DNA of 62,878 nucleotides, counting the filler, from Candidatus Rokuibacteriota bacterium (lineage in GTDB: Bacteria > JAUVQV01 > DATDCY01), in NCBI GenBank assembly GCA_031406795.1. It is 7 parts of 7 records of this genome, joined end to end, with 100 filler letters (N's around TTAATTAATTAA, not from the genome) between each part and the next. Parts side by side here need not be neighbours in the genome. Positions count along the whole stretch, not along the records: positions 15,853 to 36,865 come from JANOHV010000006.1; positions 36,966 to 48,594 come from JANOHV010000034.1; 5 more parts are not named here. The stretch is one strand, 5' to 3'. Below the pieces are notes generated by a model, which was not told the origin of the DNA, did not search any database, and saw nothing but the letters and a program-made list of their open reading frames with translations. Positions within the stretch are counted from its first letter, which is position 1. Each line of letters opens with the position of its first letter. Shown piece after piece: positions 36,290 to 47,931 of the stretch. The translations under genes and the position numbers were made by a program.

Positions 36290-36865
36290 GCATTTCTCGC
36301 CCGCCGACGCCTCGCTTCCTCTGCGATGTGATGCTCGGAAGCCTGGCCCGCTGGTTGCGCGCGCTTGGGCACAACGCTGCCTACGATCGTCTGGCCGACG
36401 ACCCGGCGCTGCTGCGGCGAGCCGCACGCGAGCGGCGCATCCTGGTCACCCGTGACACGCAACTCGCCGCGGCAGGCCGGGGACGCCGCATCGTTCTGCT
36501 GCATGCGAACGACACACCCGGCCAGCTGCGCGAACTGGTCGGCGCGCTTGGAATCGCACGCCATCCGGGGCTGCTGACGCGCTGCATCGTCTGCAACCAC
36601 CGCTTGCACAAGGCGACCGCCGGGCAGATCGAGGAACGCGCGCCGGAATACGTTCGCTCGACGCAGCGGGATTTTCGCGCCTGCCCCGGCTGCGGGCGGG
36701 TGTACTGGCCGGGGACGCATCGGCCCGGGATTCTTGCCGCGCTCGAGTCGGCCCTGCCGGGCGTCGTGACTGACTGCTCGCGCCGGCGGCAGCACCGCCG
36801 CGGAGAATCGGTGTCCGGGGAGGACGAACGGGCGGGCGCGGGCGCAGTGGACGGCACCTGCCCCC
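36286..36865 (+). CDS. Mut7-C RNase-domain protein (PIN fold + zinc ribbon), no stop before contig end
   Basis: FLCDVMLGSLARWLR, LVTRD, RCIVCN, CPGCGRVYWPGTH; ATGA overlap. Confidence 0.88.
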
Positions 36866-36965
36866 NNNNNNNNNNNNNNNNNNNNNNNNNNNNNNNNNNN
36901 NNNNNNNNNTTAATTAATTAANNNNNNNNNNNNNNNNNNNNNNNNNNNNNNNNNNNNNNNNNNNN
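36866..36965. other. Artificial contig linker
   Basis: N-run with TTAATTAATTAA. Confidence 0.99.
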
Positions 36966-37475
36966 CCGAAACCGGCAAAGACCCCGGCGAAGGCTGCCGC
37001 CCCGCGGGGGCCGGCCAGTCGCACCGCGGCCGCCGCGGAACCGAAGGCTCAGACCGCGCCCCCGGCTCCCCCCCCGGCCGGGGGGGGGGGGGGCCCCCCC
37101 CCCCCCGCCCCGCGCCCCGCCCCCCCCCCCCGGGGGGGCGGCCGCCGCCGCCGGGGTCTTGGCCGGTTTGGGGGCTGGGGGGGCGGGGGGGTTGGGGGCC
37201 GGGGCAGGCGCCGCCTGCGCGGCCTTCGCCGCTTCGACGGCGGGGGCGGCGTCCTTCGCGGCCGGCTTCTTGGGCGCGGGCGCGGCCTTCTTCGCCGGAT
37301 CGCTCTTCTTCGGGGCCGGCGGCCGGACCGCGGCGGTGATCTTCGCCGCCGTTTCCTCGTCGACCGCGCTCATGTGGTTCTTGACCTCGATCCCGAGGCC
37401 AGCGATGACCTTGAGCAGATCCTTGTTCTCCACGCCGAGCTGTTTGGCCAGCTCATAGACTCGTACCTTGCTCAT
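36966..37475 (-). CDS. infB: Translation initiation factor IF-2, N-terminus (partial; low-quality end)
   Basis: [24 protein letters not shown]2_N domain; follows nusA-ylxR. Confidence 0.9.
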
Positions 37476-38137
37476 TGTTCCTCAGCCTCCTCCCGCCGCG
37501 GCACTGCCTCGCGCCGCTTGCGATGCCCCATCAGTTTTGACCCGTCATTATCGCACGAAACGGCGGAAAAAGCCCGCCATCTGTCTGTCGCCTCCTGGAT
37601 CGACGCCGCGAGTCCGTCGGAGGTGATCGCCACCACCTCCACGGGACCTCTGCCGAAGAGCGCTCCGAGCGCCGCCGCTCCGAGGGAGGCGCGCGCGGGA
37701 ACCGCGCCGGCGCGCGCCGTCCAGGAGGCGAGGGCGTCGGGGGCGGCATCGCCGGCGACCAGCACGAGCCTGCCCCGTCCCTCCGCGAGGGCGGCGCGGA
37801 CGCCCGTCGGGCCCATCTTCACGCCGCGCATTCTGCGCGCCATCGTCAGCAGGTTGGCCAGCCGGCGGCCGAACGCGTCGGCCAACTCCCGGCGGCGCTC
37901 GGCGGGAGGCGCCAGACAAACCGGCGCCCGCAGGACGTGGCTGAGCGCACCCGGGGCGACGGCGTCGAGGCAGGCGGTGTTCGGACAGACCCAGGCCCCG
38001 CGTCCGGGCAGGCGTCCCTCCAGGTCGAAGCAGCCGGCGCCCTCCGGGCTCCGGACGATCCGGATCAGCTCGGCGCGCGGGCGCTGGCGCCGACAGCCGA
38101 GGCAGGTGCGCCCGGGCTCACGCTCCCGCTGGCTCAC
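37472..38137 (-). CDS. YlxR/DUF448 + L7Ae (YlxQ-like) fusion protein
   Basis: RTCLGCR..ELIRIV..GRGAWVC, followed in frame by [21 protein letters not shown]. Confidence 0.82.
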   Translation of the reverse strand: MSQREREPGRTCLGCRRQRPRAELIRIVRSPEGAGCFDLEGRLPGRGAWVCPNTACLDAVAPGALSHVLRAPVCLAPPAERRRELADAFGRRLANLLTMARRMRGVKMGPTGVRAALAEGRGRLVLVAGDAAPDALASWTARAGAVPARASLGAAALGALFGRGPVEVVAITSDGLAASIQEATDRWRAFSAVSCDNDGSKLMGHRKRREAVPRREEAEEQ

Positions 38138-39236
38138 CAGAAGCGTCCCCCTCCGTCGGATCGGGCGCGGCGCCGGCTTCGTCGGTGACCTCGGGCGGCG
38201 GTCCGTCGACCTCGGTCCGGCTCTTGATGTCGACCTCCCAGCCGACCAGTTTGGCGGCCAGCCGCACATTCTGCCCCCGCTTGCCGATCCCGAGGGAGAG
38301 CTGGTCGTCGGGGACGACGGCGAGCAGCGCATGACGCCCGGCGTCGATTTCGACGCGGTCGACCACGGCGGGAGCGAGCGCGTTCACGAGGAAGGTGCGC
38401 ACGTCCTCGGCATACGGCACGATATCAACCTTTTCGCCGCGCAGTTCGCGGACGACCGACTGCACGCGCGAGCCTTTCATCCCGACGCAGGCCCCGACCG
38501 GGTCGACGTCCTTGGCCGTCGAGAGGACCGCGATCTTGGCGCGCTCCCCGGGGTCGCGGGCCGCGCCCAGCACCTTGACGAGACCCTGGCGGATCTCGGG
38601 AACCTCGAGTTCGAAGAGCCGCACGAGGAACTCCGGCGCCGTGCGGCTGAGGATGACTTGCGGGCCGCGCAGCGTGCGGCGCACTTCAAGTACGTAGGCC
38701 CGCAGCTGATCGCCGCCGCGGTAGGATTCGCGCGGAATCTGCTCTTTCTTCGGGAGCAGGCCCTCGGTCTTGCCGAGGTCGATGTAGAGGTCCCCCTTCT
38801 CCTTGTGGTGGACCGTGCCGGTCAGGATTTCGCCTTCGCGCCCCTTGAAGTCGAGATGGATGTGGTCGCGCTCGGCCTCGCGCACCCGCTGCATGATGAC
38901 CTGTTTGGCCGTCTGCGCCGCGACGCGGCCGAAATCGGCGAGGTCGGTGAGCGCTTCGACGGTTCCCCCGAGCGCCGCGGCCGGGTCGATGGCCCGCGCC
39001 GCCGTGAGCGAGATCTCCGCGAGGACGTCCGACGGCCGCTCGACGATGGTCTTCAGCACCAGGATGTCCAGGTTCCCCGTGGTCTCGTTGAGCCGGGCCT
39101 TCAACTGGCCGTTCTCACCGAGGCGCTTGCGGGACGCCGAGATCAGCGCGGTCTCGAGGGCCTCGACGACTTCGTTCTGATCGATGCCGCGCTCGAAGCT
39201 GATCTGCTTGATGATGTGCATCAATTCCTGGTTCAT
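38118..39236 (-). CDS. nusA: Transcription factor NusA
   Basis: [48 protein letters not shown]. Confidence 0.97.
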   Translation of the reverse strand: MNQELMHIIKQISFERGIDQNEVVEALETALISASRKRLGENGQLKARLNETTGNLDILVLKTIVERPSDVLAEISLTAARAIDPAAALGGTVEALTDLADFGRVAAQTAKQVIMQRVREAERDHIHLDFKGREGEILTGTVHHKEKGDLYIDLGKTEGLLPKKEQIPRESYRGGDQLRAYVLEVRRTLRGPQVILSRTAPEFLVRLFELEVPEIRQGLVKVLGAARDPGERAKIAVLSTAKDVDPVGACVGMKGSRVQSVVRELRGEKVDIVPYAEDVRTFLVNALAPAVVDRVEIDAGRHALLAVVPDDQLSLGIGKRGQNVRLAAKLVGWEVDIKSRTEVDGPPPEVTDEAGAAPDPTEGDASGEPAGA

Positions 39237-39763
39237 GGTTGATCTCCTTGCGCGCCGCCGGGGGCGCGCTTGCGGCCGCGCAGCAACGCGGCCCAGTCGA
39301 TTTCCGGCCGCGCGCTGGCAATGTTCGGAAAGGCGACGACGACCGGGACTCCGGCGTCGGTCACGAAGTGAACGTTTTCCCCCTCGACGGCAGTGACGCG
39401 TCCGACGAAGTGGCGCCCCCCGTCCGCCAGAGGCGCGAACGTCTTGACGCCGGCGCGCTCTCCCGCGTGTCGGCGGAAATCGTCGAGGCGTTTCCAGGGC
39501 CGATCGATACCGGGGGAGGAGACCTCGAGGCGATAGCGGCCCGCAAGCACCTCGGCGACTTCGAGAGCGGTTTCGATCGCCGTGCTCCCCGCCTGGAGTT
39601 CGTCGACGGTCACCCCGCCGCCGGGGCGGTCGACGATCAGGCGCAGGGTGGGCTCGCGCCCGGGGCCGGTGAGCGAAACCTCGACGAGTTCCAGGCCGAG
39701 GGCGGCGAGGGACGGCGCTGCGGTGCTCTCGACCAGGGCTTCGACCTGCTGTCGCTTCGACAT
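39233..39763 (-). CDS. rimP: Ribosome maturation factor RimP
   Basis: YRLEVSSPGIDRP; first gene of the nusA operon. Confidence 0.94.
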   Translation of the reverse strand: MSKRQQVEALVESTAAPSLAALGLELVEVSLTGPGREPTLRLIVDRPGGGVTVDELQAGSTAIETALEVAEVLAGRYRLEVSSPGIDRPWKRLDDFRRHAGERAGVKTFAPLADGGRHFVGRVTAVEGENVHFVTDAGVPVVVAFPNIASARPEIDWAALLRGRKRAPGGAQGDQP

Positions 39764-39782
39764 CGACCGTCCCCCTTCCGCC

Positions 39783-39816
39783 AAAAAATAAAAAATGGGC
39801 TTCGAAAAAGCCCATT
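39783..39816 (-). terminator. rimP leader hairpin with U-tract
   Basis: AATGGGCTT/AAGCCCATT stem followed on the minus strand by TTTTTATTTTTT, just before the rimP RBS. Confidence 0.7.
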
Positions 39817-39963
39817 CGTCCGCCGTGACCAGGTGATCTGCACGATCTGTGGCGATAATACCTTCGAGATCGCCCGCGCGCAAGGGCAAACAGCCCGCGT
39901 GCGCGGAACCCTCTTGCGCCGCCCGCGGGAGAATGCCGCCGCTGGGCCGTCTCCGGCAGGCGG

Positions 39964-40773
39964 CTAGGAGGCTGCGGCTGCGGCTGCGGCTGGCGCCGCC
40001 CGCAGCGAGATCCGTTCGATGCCGAGCGCCTGCCCGCTTCCCGGATCGATCTCGATCACGACCCCCTGGAGCTGCGGGTGGAGCTTCGCCGTTTCGAACC
40101 GCTCGGGCATGCCGGTCAGAAACTTGCGGATCACGATCTCGGGTTCGACGCCGATGACCGACTCGGAAGGGCCGGTCATCCCGAGGTCGGTGATGTAGGC
40201 GGTGCCTCCGGGCAGGACGCGCTCGTCGGCGGTCTGGATGTGCGTGTGGGTGCCGACGACCGCGCTGACGCGCCCGTCGAGGAACCTGCCGAAGGCGACT
40301 TTTTCGCTGGTCGCCTCGGCGTGGATGTCCACGATCCGCACCCGGGCCTGACCGGCGATGGCCTCGATCTCGGCCGCCGTGGTCCGGAACGGACAGTCGA
40401 AATCGTTCATGAACACCCGGCCGGAGACGTTGAGCACGGCGACTTTCGTCCCGCCGCGCGCGGTGACCACGATCGAACCGTAGCCGGGCGCGCCGGGGGG
40501 ATAGTTGAGGGGCCGCAGCAGGCGGCTCTCCTTGGGGATGTAGCCGAGAACGTCTTTCTTGTCCCAGATGTGGTTGCCCGAGGTGATCACGTCGATGCCG
40601 AGGCGCAGCAGGTCCTGCGCGGTGTCCGGCGTGATGCCGAACCCGCCGGCGGCGTTCTCCCCGTTGGCGATCGTCAGGTCGATGTCGTGCGTCTCCTGGA
40701 CCTTGCGCAGAAAGAGCGCGAGCGCCTGGCGCCCCGGCTTGCCGACGATGTCCCCGATGCAGAGTATTTTCAC
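39964..40773 (-). CDS. ymdB: YmdB/TIGR00282 metallophosphoesterase
   Basis: IGDIVG, NGENAAGG, SGNH, HAEATSEK, GTHTH, TDLGMTGP. Confidence 0.95.
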   Translation of the reverse strand: MKILCIGDIVGKPGRQALALFLRKVQETHDIDLTIANGENAAGGFGITPDTAQDLLRLGIDVITSGNHIWDKKDVLGYIPKESRLLRPLNYPPGAPGYGSIVVTARGGTKVAVLNVSGRVFMNDFDCPFRTTAAEIEAIAGQARVRIVDIHAEATSEKVAFGRFLDGRVSAVVGTHTHIQTADERVLPGGTAYITDLGMTGPSESVIGVEPEIVIRKFLTGMPERFETAKLHPQLQGVVIEIDPGSGQALGIERISLRAAPAAAAAAAS

Positions 40774-42365
40774 TATTTTGCGTAGTCCACAGCCCGCTTC
40801 TCGCGGATGACGGTGACGCGGATCTGCCCGGGGTAGGTCAGCTGCTCCTCGATCTTGCGCGCGATGTCCCGCGCCAGAACGACCGTGTCGGCGTCGTTGA
40901 CCTGGCTCTCCTGGACCATGATGCGGATTTCCCGCCCGGCCTGGATGGCATAGGCCTTTTCGACGCCGCGGAACGAGTCGGCGATCTCCTCGAGCTTCTC
41001 CATGCGCTTGACGTAAGCCTCGAGGACCTCGCGGCGGGCGCCGGGCCGCGCCGCGGAGAGGGCGTCGGCGGCCTGGACGAGCACGGCCTCGAGCGTCGTC
41101 GGCTCGACTTCCGCGTGGTGAGCGGCGATCGCGTTCACCACCTCGTCGCTCTCCTCGTAGCGGCGCGCCACCTCTGCGCCGATCAGCGCGTGCGGCCCCT
41201 CGGTCTCGTGGTCCATGGCCTTGCCGATGTCGTGGAGCAGCCCGGCGCGTCGCGCCAGCTTGACGTTCAGGCCCAGTTCGGCGGCCATGATCCCGCAGAG
41301 GTACGCCACCTCGCGCGAGTGCTTGAGGATGTTCTGCGCGTAGCTGGTGCGGTATTTCAGGCGCCCGATGAGCCGCACGATCTCCTGGTGGGCGTTGTGC
41401 ACGCCCAGGTCGAAGGTCGCCTGCTCCCCGGCCTCCCGGATGGCCTGGTCGGTCTCCTTCTTGACTTTCTCGACGACCTCCTCGATGCGCGCCGGGTGGA
41501 TGCGGCCGTCGGCGATGAGGCGTTCGAGGGAGATCTTGGCGATCTGCCGGCGCACCGGGTCGAAAGCCGAGAGGATCACCGCCTCCGGGGTGTCGTCGAT
41601 GATCAGGTCGACGCCGGTGGCGGCCTCGAGCGTGCGGATGTTGCGCCCTTCGCGGCCGATGATCCGGCCCTTCATTTCCTCGCTCGGCAGCGGCACCACC
41701 GAAACAGTGGATTCGGCGACGTAGTCGCTCGCATAGCGCTGGATCGCGGTGCTGATGATCTCCTTGGCTTTCTTGTCCGAGATCAGCCGCGTTTCCTCCT
41801 CGGCCTTGCGGATCGTGCGCGCCGACTCCGACTTGACCTCGTCCTGGAGACTCTCGATGATCTGGCGGCGCGCCTGTTCCGCGGTCAGCCCGGCGTTTCT
41901 CTCGAGCGCGAGCCGCGCCTCCTCGGTGAGGCGGCCGATGTCCTTGTCCTTCTCGGCCAGGGATTTCTCGCGTTCGGAGAGGCGGCCGTCGCGTTGACTC
42001 AGCTCGGTCTCCTTGCGCTCGATCAGGCTGCCCTTGCGCTCGATGTTCTCGTCCTTCTGCTCCAGTCGCTTCTCCACTGCCGTGAATTCCTGGCGCTTCT
42101 CGCGCGTCTCCTTCTCGAAGTCGGCCTTGACCCGCAGCAGGTATTCTTTCGATTCGAGCGCGGCCTCCTTGGCGAGGGTCGCGGCCTCCTTGGCAAGTTC
42201 GGCCGCTTTTGCGGCGGCGGACTCGACGATCTGCCTGGCCTCCGCCTCGGCGCCGCCGAGTTTCCGTTCCGCGACCGAGCGCCGGGAGAGCCAGCCGGCG
42301 AACACACCTGCGGCGAGGGCCGCCAGAGCGATGATCAACACGATGGGGATCTGCACGGGGGACAC
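40773..42365 (-). CDS. rny: Ribonuclease Y
   Basis: TM + coiled coil, [14 protein letters not shown] domain, LLHDIGK HD domain. Confidence 0.98.
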   Translation of the reverse strand: MSPVQIPIVLIIALAALAAGVFAGWLSRRSVAERKLGGAEAEARQIVESAAAKAAELAKEAATLAKEAALESKEYLLRVKADFEKETREKRQEFTAVEKRLEQKDENIERKGSLIERKETELSQRDGRLSEREKSLAEKDKDIGRLTEEARLALERNAGLTAEQARRQIIESLQDEVKSESARTIRKAEEETRLISDKKAKEIISTAIQRYASDYVAESTVSVVPLPSEEMKGRIIGREGRNIRTLEAATGVDLIIDDTPEAVILSAFDPVRRQIAKISLERLIADGRIHPARIEEVVEKVKKETDQAIREAGEQATFDLGVHNAHQEIVRLIGRLKYRTSYAQNILKHSREVAYLCGIMAAELGLNVKLARRAGLLHDIGKAMDHETEGPHALIGAEVARRYEESDEVVNAIAAHHAEVEPTTLEAVLVQAADALSAARPGARREVLEAYVKRMEKLEEIADSFRGVEKAYAIQAGREIRIMVQESQVNDADTVVLARDIARKIEEQLTYPGQIRVTVIREKRAVDYAK

Positions 42366-42366
42366 G

Positions 42367-42993
42367 TCACCACCTCCTTGTCGGTGAGCCGGCGCCGGCG
42401 GCGGCGGGGATCACGCGGTCTTCGGTGACCACGAAGTCCATCGGGACATCGTGGGGGTCGGCCGGGACGCTTTCGAGCAGCTGCAGCTCGAAGGCGAGGC
42501 CGACCTTGAGGGCGCCGGGGGCGGCGTCGGCGAAGGCCCGGTCGTAACATCCGAGACCGTAGCCGAGCCGGCGTCCGGCAGGGTCGAAGCCCAGTCCGGG
42601 AACGAGAAACAGCGGAATGGTCGCGGTGGGCACCAGGCGCGCCGTCTCGCGGGGCGGCTGCAGGATGCCGAAGGAGTCGGGTGTCATCTCGGAGAGGTCG
42701 CGGATCTCGGCGAACACGAGCGGCTGCGCGGCGCCGTGCAGGTGAATCGGGACGGCGACACGGCGCCCCTCCCGCAGCAGCGCGGCGATGAAATCGACGG
42801 TCTCGACCTCTTCGCGGAAGTTGACATAGCTGCAGATGACCGTCGCGGACGAAAAACCGGCGAGGTTCCGGCACGCCGTGACGACCCGCCGGCTGCGCTG
42901 CTGCCGCTCGAGGGGAGAGAGGCTCCGGCGCGCCGCGGACAACGCGCGACGCAAGCCGGTTTTTGCCTGCTGTTGGTGGAGCGAACCGCTCAT
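42367..42993 (-). CDS. 5-formyltetrahydrofolate cyclo-ligase
   Basis: [30 protein letters not shown]; downstream of 6S RNA. Confidence 0.93.
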   Translation of the reverse strand: MSGSLHQQQAKTGLRRALSAARRSLSPLERQQRSRRVVTACRNLAGFSSATVICSYVNFREEVETVDFIAALLREGRRVAVPIHLHGAAQPLVFAEIRDLSEMTPDSFGILQPPRETARLVPTATIPLFLVPGLGFDPAGRRLGYGLGCYDRAFADAAPGALKVGLAFELQLLESVPADPHDVPMDFVVTEDRVIPAAAGAGSPTRRW

Positions 42994-43392
42994 GAAGAAT
43001 CCGGGCTTGGAAGTTCGGGAGGCGGTGTCCGCTGACGGAATACGCGCGACCAAGCCGCGCTGTGCGCGCCGACGTCAATGAAGATGACGCAGCTGAAGAA
43101 CCGGGGTTGCGCTTTAAAGTGGATAAATCGCGAGCCGGGCACGGCCCGGCAGTCGCCGAGGCTTTCCCGCAAACTCCCGTTCAGCCGCTTTCGAGCGGAC
43201 AACCGCCCACCGCGCAGGCGCGGCAGTGCGAGATCCCCCGTCCATCACTGCACAACAACCAGCCATAATCAATATCTCGCGCACCCGAACTGCGTAAAAC
43301 CGCGGGGCCCGAATCCTTAGCCGTCCTTTCCTTTCGTTGGTCCGGTTAGAGCACTATGTCAACGGGCGACTCTTGCGCCCGATATCGGCGTG

Positions 43393-43586
43393 AAAAACCC
43401 CCGCGAAAATGCCGTGTGGGCAAAATGGTCTCGAACCAAAAGGTCCAAGGGGGGAGACAGCAGGGCGCTGAAGGCTTCCACTCCCGAAGAAGTGGCATGC
43501 ACAAGGCTCCCATCTTTGTCTCCCCGTTCCACTTCTGTTGGTTCGACAATTTTTCCGCCCATCACAAACACCGCAGGGGCACTCCC
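43393..43586 (-). ncRNA. ssrS: 6S RNA
   Basis: Between zapA and the cyclo-ligase; ends pair (CCCCTGCGGTG..GTG / CACACGGCA..GCGGGGG; TCGAACCAA / TTGGTTCGA); central GGGAGCC. Ends approximate. Confidence 0.88.
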
Positions 43587-43593
43587 TGGATTC

Positions 43594-43622
43594 AGTATAG
43601 TGCTCGTAGAAGCGAAAGGCAA
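43594..43622 (-). promoter_or_regulatory. sigma70 promoter of 6S RNA
   Basis: TTGCCT-N17-TATACT. Confidence 0.75.
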
Positions 43623-43640
43623 GTACCTGAACGGATCTGG

Positions 43641-43949
43641 CTATGCGCCGTCCGGCTGCGGCTCCAATGCGCGCTCGAGCGTCTCGACGAGGGCCGCGAG
43701 CCTCTGCTCCAGGTCGACGGATTCCGGCGCCGGCGGCTGCGCCAGCCGCAGGCGGAACAACTCGTCGGCGATGTGCAGGGCGGCGAGGACCGCTATCTTG
43801 CTGGTGACCACCACCTTGCCCGAGGCGGAGACCTCGCGCATGCGGGCGTCGACAAAGCTGGCGAGCTCCTCGAGACGGGCCGGCGGCTCGGTGGTCCTCA
43901 GCGGGTAATTTTCACCGTAGATTCTGACGGTGACGTGCCCGGTGTTCAC
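43641..43949 (-). CDS. zapA: Cell division protein ZapA
   Basis: VRIYGENYPL..LASFVDARMRE..AVLAALHIADE. Confidence 0.92.
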   Translation of the reverse strand: MNTGHVTVRIYGENYPLRTTEPPARLEELASFVDARMREVSASGKVVVTSKIAVLAALHIADELFRLRLAQPPAPESVDLEQRLAALVETLERALEPQPDGA

Positions 43950-44206
43950 CAGGAGACCCGGTCGATCTCGCGGAGAAGACCGCGAATGCTCTCCCGGACC
44001 AGGGCGCGTTCGGCGCGCAGCCGCTCGAGTTCCTCGACGAGCGCGGGGTCCGGCGGGTGAGGGGACGTCGGGCGGGACGGGGCCGGTTGTTCGAGGCGGA
44101 TCGTCTCGAGATCCCGCTCGAGTGACCTGACCTTGGCCCGCAGGCCAACGATGAGGTCGGCGGCCGCTGCGACGCGCTCGCCGAGAATGTCCACGGCACT
44201 TGACAT
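43946..44206 (-). CDS. ZapB-like coiled-coil protein
   Basis: Short heptad protein overlapping the zapA start (GTGA). Confidence 0.7.
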   Translation of the reverse strand: MSSAVDILGERVAAAADLIVGLRAKVRSLERDLETIRLEQPAPSRPTSPHPPDPALVEELERLRAERALVRESIRGLLREIDRVSW

Positions 44207-44420
44207 GCGCACAAACTACATGAAGTCGGCGCCATCGTCAAATCCGGATTGCATACGAATTCAAAGCGTTGTTTTTTGTTCACGAGAATGTGGTTGATGC
44301 TCTGCTCGTTTCGAGGTCGAGCTCGGCGGCCGCCGCATGACCAGATTTGGCCGGGCTGTGGAAACCGCCACGGACGCGGATCCTGGTGCCGAAACGGCCA
44401 TTTCCAGGGGGCAACAGGCA

Positions 44421-44456
44421 AGGAAAAGCCCGCGCGCCGACCGGGGCGCGCGGGCT
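44421..44456 (-). terminator. Intrinsic terminator after rplT
   Basis: 12-bp stem AGCCCGCGCGCC/GGCGCGCGGGCT with a short U-tract. Confidence 0.7.
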
Positions 44457-44463
44457 GCGGGCA

Positions 44464-44826
44464 TTACGCGCTGACGAGAGGTTCCTTCGCGACGGCGACC
44501 AGGCGCGAGAAGGCGCCCTGGTCGATGATCGCCAGGTCGGCCAGCACCTTGCGGTTGATCTCGATCCCGGCCTTCTTCAACCCGGCCATGAACTGGCTGT
44601 ACGAGATGTCGTTGGCCCGGGCCCCGGCGTTGATGCGCACCACCCAGAGGCCGCGGAAATCACGCTTCTTGGCCCGACGGTCGCGATAGGCGTACTTGCG
44701 GGCCTTGTCGACGGCCTCGGTGGCCGGCCGCAGCAGGCGGTGCTTGCCGCCCCAGAAACCCTTGGCGGCCTTGAGAATCCTTTTACGGCGCTGCGGGGTC
44801 TTGGGCCCGCCTTTGGTCCTCGGCAT
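44464..44826 (-). CDS. rplT: 50S ribosomal protein L20
   Basis: [33 protein letters not shown]. Confidence 0.98.
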   Translation of the reverse strand: MPRTKGGPKTPQRRKRILKAAKGFWGGKHRLLRPATEAVDKARKYAYRDRRAKKRDFRGLWVVRINAGARANDISYSQFMAGLKKAGIEINRKVLADLAIIDQGAFSRLVAVAKEPLVSA

Positions 44827-44844
44827 CTCAGTATCTCCTTCGTC

Positions 44845-45045
44845 CTAGAATTTGTACGGGATCAGCTTCCGGATGTTCTTGTGATCGGCGACGTCGACCG
44901 TGCCCGCCGCGCGCAGGTGGCGCTTGCGCTTGCGCGTCTTGGTCGTCAGGATGTGGCTCATGAAAGCCTTTGAGCGCTTGATGATCCCGGACTTCGTGGT
45001 CCGGAAGCGCTTGGCCGCCGCCCGATTAGTCTTGATTTTCGGCAT
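44845..45045 (-). CDS. rpmI: 50S ribosomal protein L35
   Basis: [20 protein letters not shown]. Confidence 0.98.
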   Translation of the reverse strand: MPKIKTNRAAAKRFRTTKSGIIKRSKAFMSHILTTKTRKRKRHLRAAGTVDVADHKNIRKLIPYKF

Positions 45046-45622
45046 CGTGTGAGTCCTCCTCTGGAACCGCGATGTGAGCCACCGAGTCGGGGAACACCGC
45101 GCCCGGCTTGACCACGAGATAGACGTACATATTCCGGCCCTCGAGCCGGGGCGGATTTTCAGGAGCCGCGTACGGGGCCAGGTCGTTCGTCAGGCGATCG
45201 AGAATGTTCCGCCCGAGGTGGGTGTGGGCCATCTCGCGGCCCCGGAACATGATCGTCACCTTCACGCGGTGCCCCTCGGAGAGGAACCGCATCACGTGAC
45301 CCTTCTTGAAGTCGTAGTCGTGCACCTCGATCTTCGGCCTCATCTTGATCTCCTTGATCTTGATGATCCGCTGGTGCTTCTTCGACTCCTGGGTCTTCTT
45401 CGCCTGACTGTATTTAAACTTGCCGAAGTCCAGAATGCGGCAGACCGGAGGCACGGCGGTGGGGGCGACCTCCACCAGGTCGAGATCACGGTCCCACGCG
45501 GCCTGGATGGCGTCGTTGAGGCTCAGGACACCGAGTTGGTTGCCCTCGTTGTCGATCACCCGCACCTCCCGGGCGCGAATCTCCCGGTTGATCCGCTGTT
45601 GGGTCGTTGCAATCACGCTCAT
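45026..45622 (-). CDS. infC: Translation initiation factor IF-3
   Basis: [35 protein letters not shown]. Start is ATG 45622 or the in-frame ATT at 45613. Confidence 0.97.
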   Translation of the reverse strand: MSVIATTQQRINREIRAREVRVIDNEGNQLGVLSLNDAIQAAWDRDLDLVEVAPTAVPPVCRILDFGKFKYSQAKKTQESKKHQRIIKIKEIKMRPKIEVHDYDFKKGHVMRFLSEGHRVKVTIMFRGREMAHTHLGRNILDRLTNDLAPYAAPENPPRLEGRNMYVYLVVKPGAVFPDSVAHIAVPEEDSHDAENQD

Positions 45623-47550
45623 GCCACCGTCACCGTTCGTTGTCCCCCTTGTTCATTGAGGAGCCCGATAAACTCGTCGAGGCTCAGAGTGCCGACGTCG
45701 CCTTGCTCGCGCCGGCGCACCGCGACCCGGCCTTCGGCCTGTTCACGGGCGCCGAGTATAGCCATGAAGGGCACTTTCTGCAACTGCGCCTCCCGGATCT
45801 TGTAGCCGACCTTCTCGTTGCGCAGGTCCTCCTCGACCCGGTGGCCGGCGGCGCGCAGCCGGGCCGCGACCTCCCGGCCGTACTGCTCCTGGGCGCTCGT
45901 GATCGTCAGCACGGCGACCTGGACCGGGGCCAGCCAGTAGGGGAAGGCCCCGGCGAAATGTTCGATGAGCACGGCGATGAAGCGTTCGATCGAGCCCAGG
46001 ACCACCCGGTGGATCATGACCGGGCGCCGGGGCTGGCCGTCCGCCGCGATGTAGGTCAGCTCGAAGCGCTCGGGCAGCGTGAAGTCGCACTGCACGGTGG
46101 CGCACTGCCAGGAGCGCCCGATGGCGTCCTGGAGCTTGACGTCGATCTTGGGCCCGTAGAACGCGCCGTCGCCCTCGTTGAGGACATAGGCGAAGCCGCC
46201 GGCCTGCAGCGACTCGCGCAGGGCGCCGGTGGCCAGTTCCCAGTCCGCGTCGCTGCCGATCGACTTCTCGGGGCGGGTGCTCAACTCGAGCGTGAAGGGG
46301 AAGCCGAACATTCCCATGACGTCCTTGATGAAGCCGAGCACGCCACCGATCTCGCCCGGGAGCTGTTCGGGCGTACAGATGATGTGCGCGTCGTCCTGGG
46401 TGAACTCGCGGACCCGCGTCAGGCCGTGGAGCACGCCGGACTTCTCGTGCCGGTTCACGGTGCCCAGCTCGAAATAGCGCAGCGGCAGGTCGCGGTAGGA
46501 GCGCCTGTGCGACTTGTAGATCATCATGTGCGCGAGGCAGTTCATCGGCTTGATGCCGTAGCGCTGCTCGTCGATCTCGGTGAAGTACATGTTCTCGCGG
46601 TAGTTGTCGAAGTGCCCGGAGCGGCGCCAGAGCTCCTCGCGCAGGATCCGCGGCCCGAAGACCATCTGGTAGCCGCGGGCGAGGTGCTCGCGCCGCTCGA
46701 ACTCCTCGACGAGGTAGCGCAGCAGCGCGCCCTTCGGGTGCCAGAGCACGAGGCCCGGGCCGACCTCGTCGGCGAACGAGAACAGGTCGAGTTCCCTGCC
46801 GATCTTGCGGTGGTCGCGCTTCCTGGCCTCCTCGATCCGGTGCAGGTAGGTCTCGAGCGCGGCCTTGTCCGGGAAGCTCGTGCCGTAGATGCGCTGGAGC
46901 ATCCGGTTCTTCTCGTCCCCGCGCCAGTAGGCGCCGGCCACCGAGAGCAGCTTGAAGGCCTTGATCTTGCTGGTCGAGGTCAGGTGCGGCCCGCGGCACA
47001 GGTCGGTGAAGCCGCCCTGGCGGTAGATCGAAACGGTCGGGTCGTGGATCGCCTCGATGAGTTCGGCCTTGTAGATCTCGCCCTTGTCGCGGAACGCGCT
47101 CAGGGCCTCGTCGCGGGCCATCTCGCTGCGGACGAACGGGCTGTTGGCCTTGATGATCTCGGCCATGCGCTTCTCGATGCGTTCGAGATCCTCGGGCGTG
47201 AAGGGCTTCTCGACGTCGAAGTCGTAGTAGAAGCCCTCCTCGATGGCGGGGCCGATGGCGAACTTGGTCCCCGGGAAGAGGTCGGCCACCGCCTCGGCCA
47301 GGACGTGCGAGCTGGAGTGGCGGAAGACCTCGCGCCCCTCGGGGCTGTCGAAGCCCACGCCCTCGAGGCGGCAGTCGGCGCTCAGCGGCGTCGTGAGATC
47401 GGTGAGGCGGCCGTCGACGCGGGCGGCCACGAGGGCGCCCGGGGCCCCGGGCGCGCCGGCCAAGCGGCTCTGCAGAGCTTTCCCCGCGGCGGTTCCTGCA
47501 GGGAATTCGGCCGTGGCGCCGTCGGGGAAAGAAACGGTGATGGTCGACAT
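45619..47550 (-). CDS. thrS: Threonine--tRNA ligase
   Basis: TGS domain, [28 protein letters not shown]. Confidence 0.98.
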   Translation of the reverse strand: MSTITVSFPDGATAEFPAGTAAGKALQSRLAGAPGAPGALVAARVDGRLTDLTTPLSADCRLEGVGFDSPEGREVFRHSSSHVLAEAVADLFPGTKFAIGPAIEEGFYYDFDVEKPFTPEDLERIEKRMAEIIKANSPFVRSEMARDEALSAFRDKGEIYKAELIEAIHDPTVSIYRQGGFTDLCRGPHLTSTSKIKAFKLLSVAGAYWRGDEKNRMLQRIYGTSFPDKAALETYLHRIEEARKRDHRKIGRELDLFSFADEVGPGLVLWHPKGALLRYLVEEFERREHLARGYQMVFGPRILREELWRRSGHFDNYRENMYFTEIDEQRYGIKPMNCLAHMMIYKSHRRSYRDLPLRYFELGTVNRHEKSGVLHGLTRVREFTQDDAHIICTPEQLPGEIGGVLGFIKDVMGMFGFPFTLELSTRPEKSIGSDADWELATGALRESLQAGGFAYVLNEGDGAFYGPKIDVKLQDAIGRSWQCATVQCDFTLPERFELTYIAADGQPRRPVMIHRVVLGSIERFIAVLIEHFAGAFPYWLAPVQVAVLTITSAQEQYGREVAARLRAAGHRVEEDLRNEKVGYKIREAQLQKVPFMAILGAREQAEGRVAVRRREQGDVGTLSLDEFIGLLNEQGGQRTVTVA

Positions 47551-47689
47551 GTCGTCCTGTCTGGTGACGGGAGCGGCTAGAAGGCCACTGTCGGAGAGGA
47601 AACGGTGCCGCAGATCGAAGCGGGAGACTGTCGTGGCGCCCGAACGTTCACGCTGTCTTCCATTCCCCTCGTTGCAGCCGTTGTGATTC

Positions 47690-47764
47690 TGGTAGGGACG
47701 GGCGGTCTTGAACCGCCGACCTCTTGCGTGTCAAGCAAGCGCTCTCCCCCTGAGCTACGCCCCT
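47690..47764 (-). tRNA. tRNA-Val(GAC)
   Basis: AGGGGCGTAGCTCAGGGGGAGAGCGCTTGCTTGACACGCAAGAGGTCGGCGGTTCAAGACCGCCCGTCCCTACCA: full cloverleaf, anticodon GAC, encoded CCA. Confidence 0.96.
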
Positions 47765-47931
47765 ACATGCTCCGGTCTCGTTAAAGCCTGGATTCTTATA
47801 GTTTTGCGCCCGTTTGTCAAGCGTAATTGTTGTCGGTCGGTGATCAACAGCGCGATTGCCGGCGACTCCGCGCATCTTCCCTCAGGGACGCCCCCGCCGC
47901 CTCGCTTTCCAATTACTGCCGCACTATGTAG

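Noticed and set aside
37060-37145. G/C homopolymer tracts in infB as phase-variation or G-quadruplex sites
   Set aside because: Near a contig end in an essential gene; looks like low-quality consensus.
47690-47764. tRNA-Val as an island integration site
   Set aside because: Flanked by core genes; no duplicated 3' end or integrase seen.
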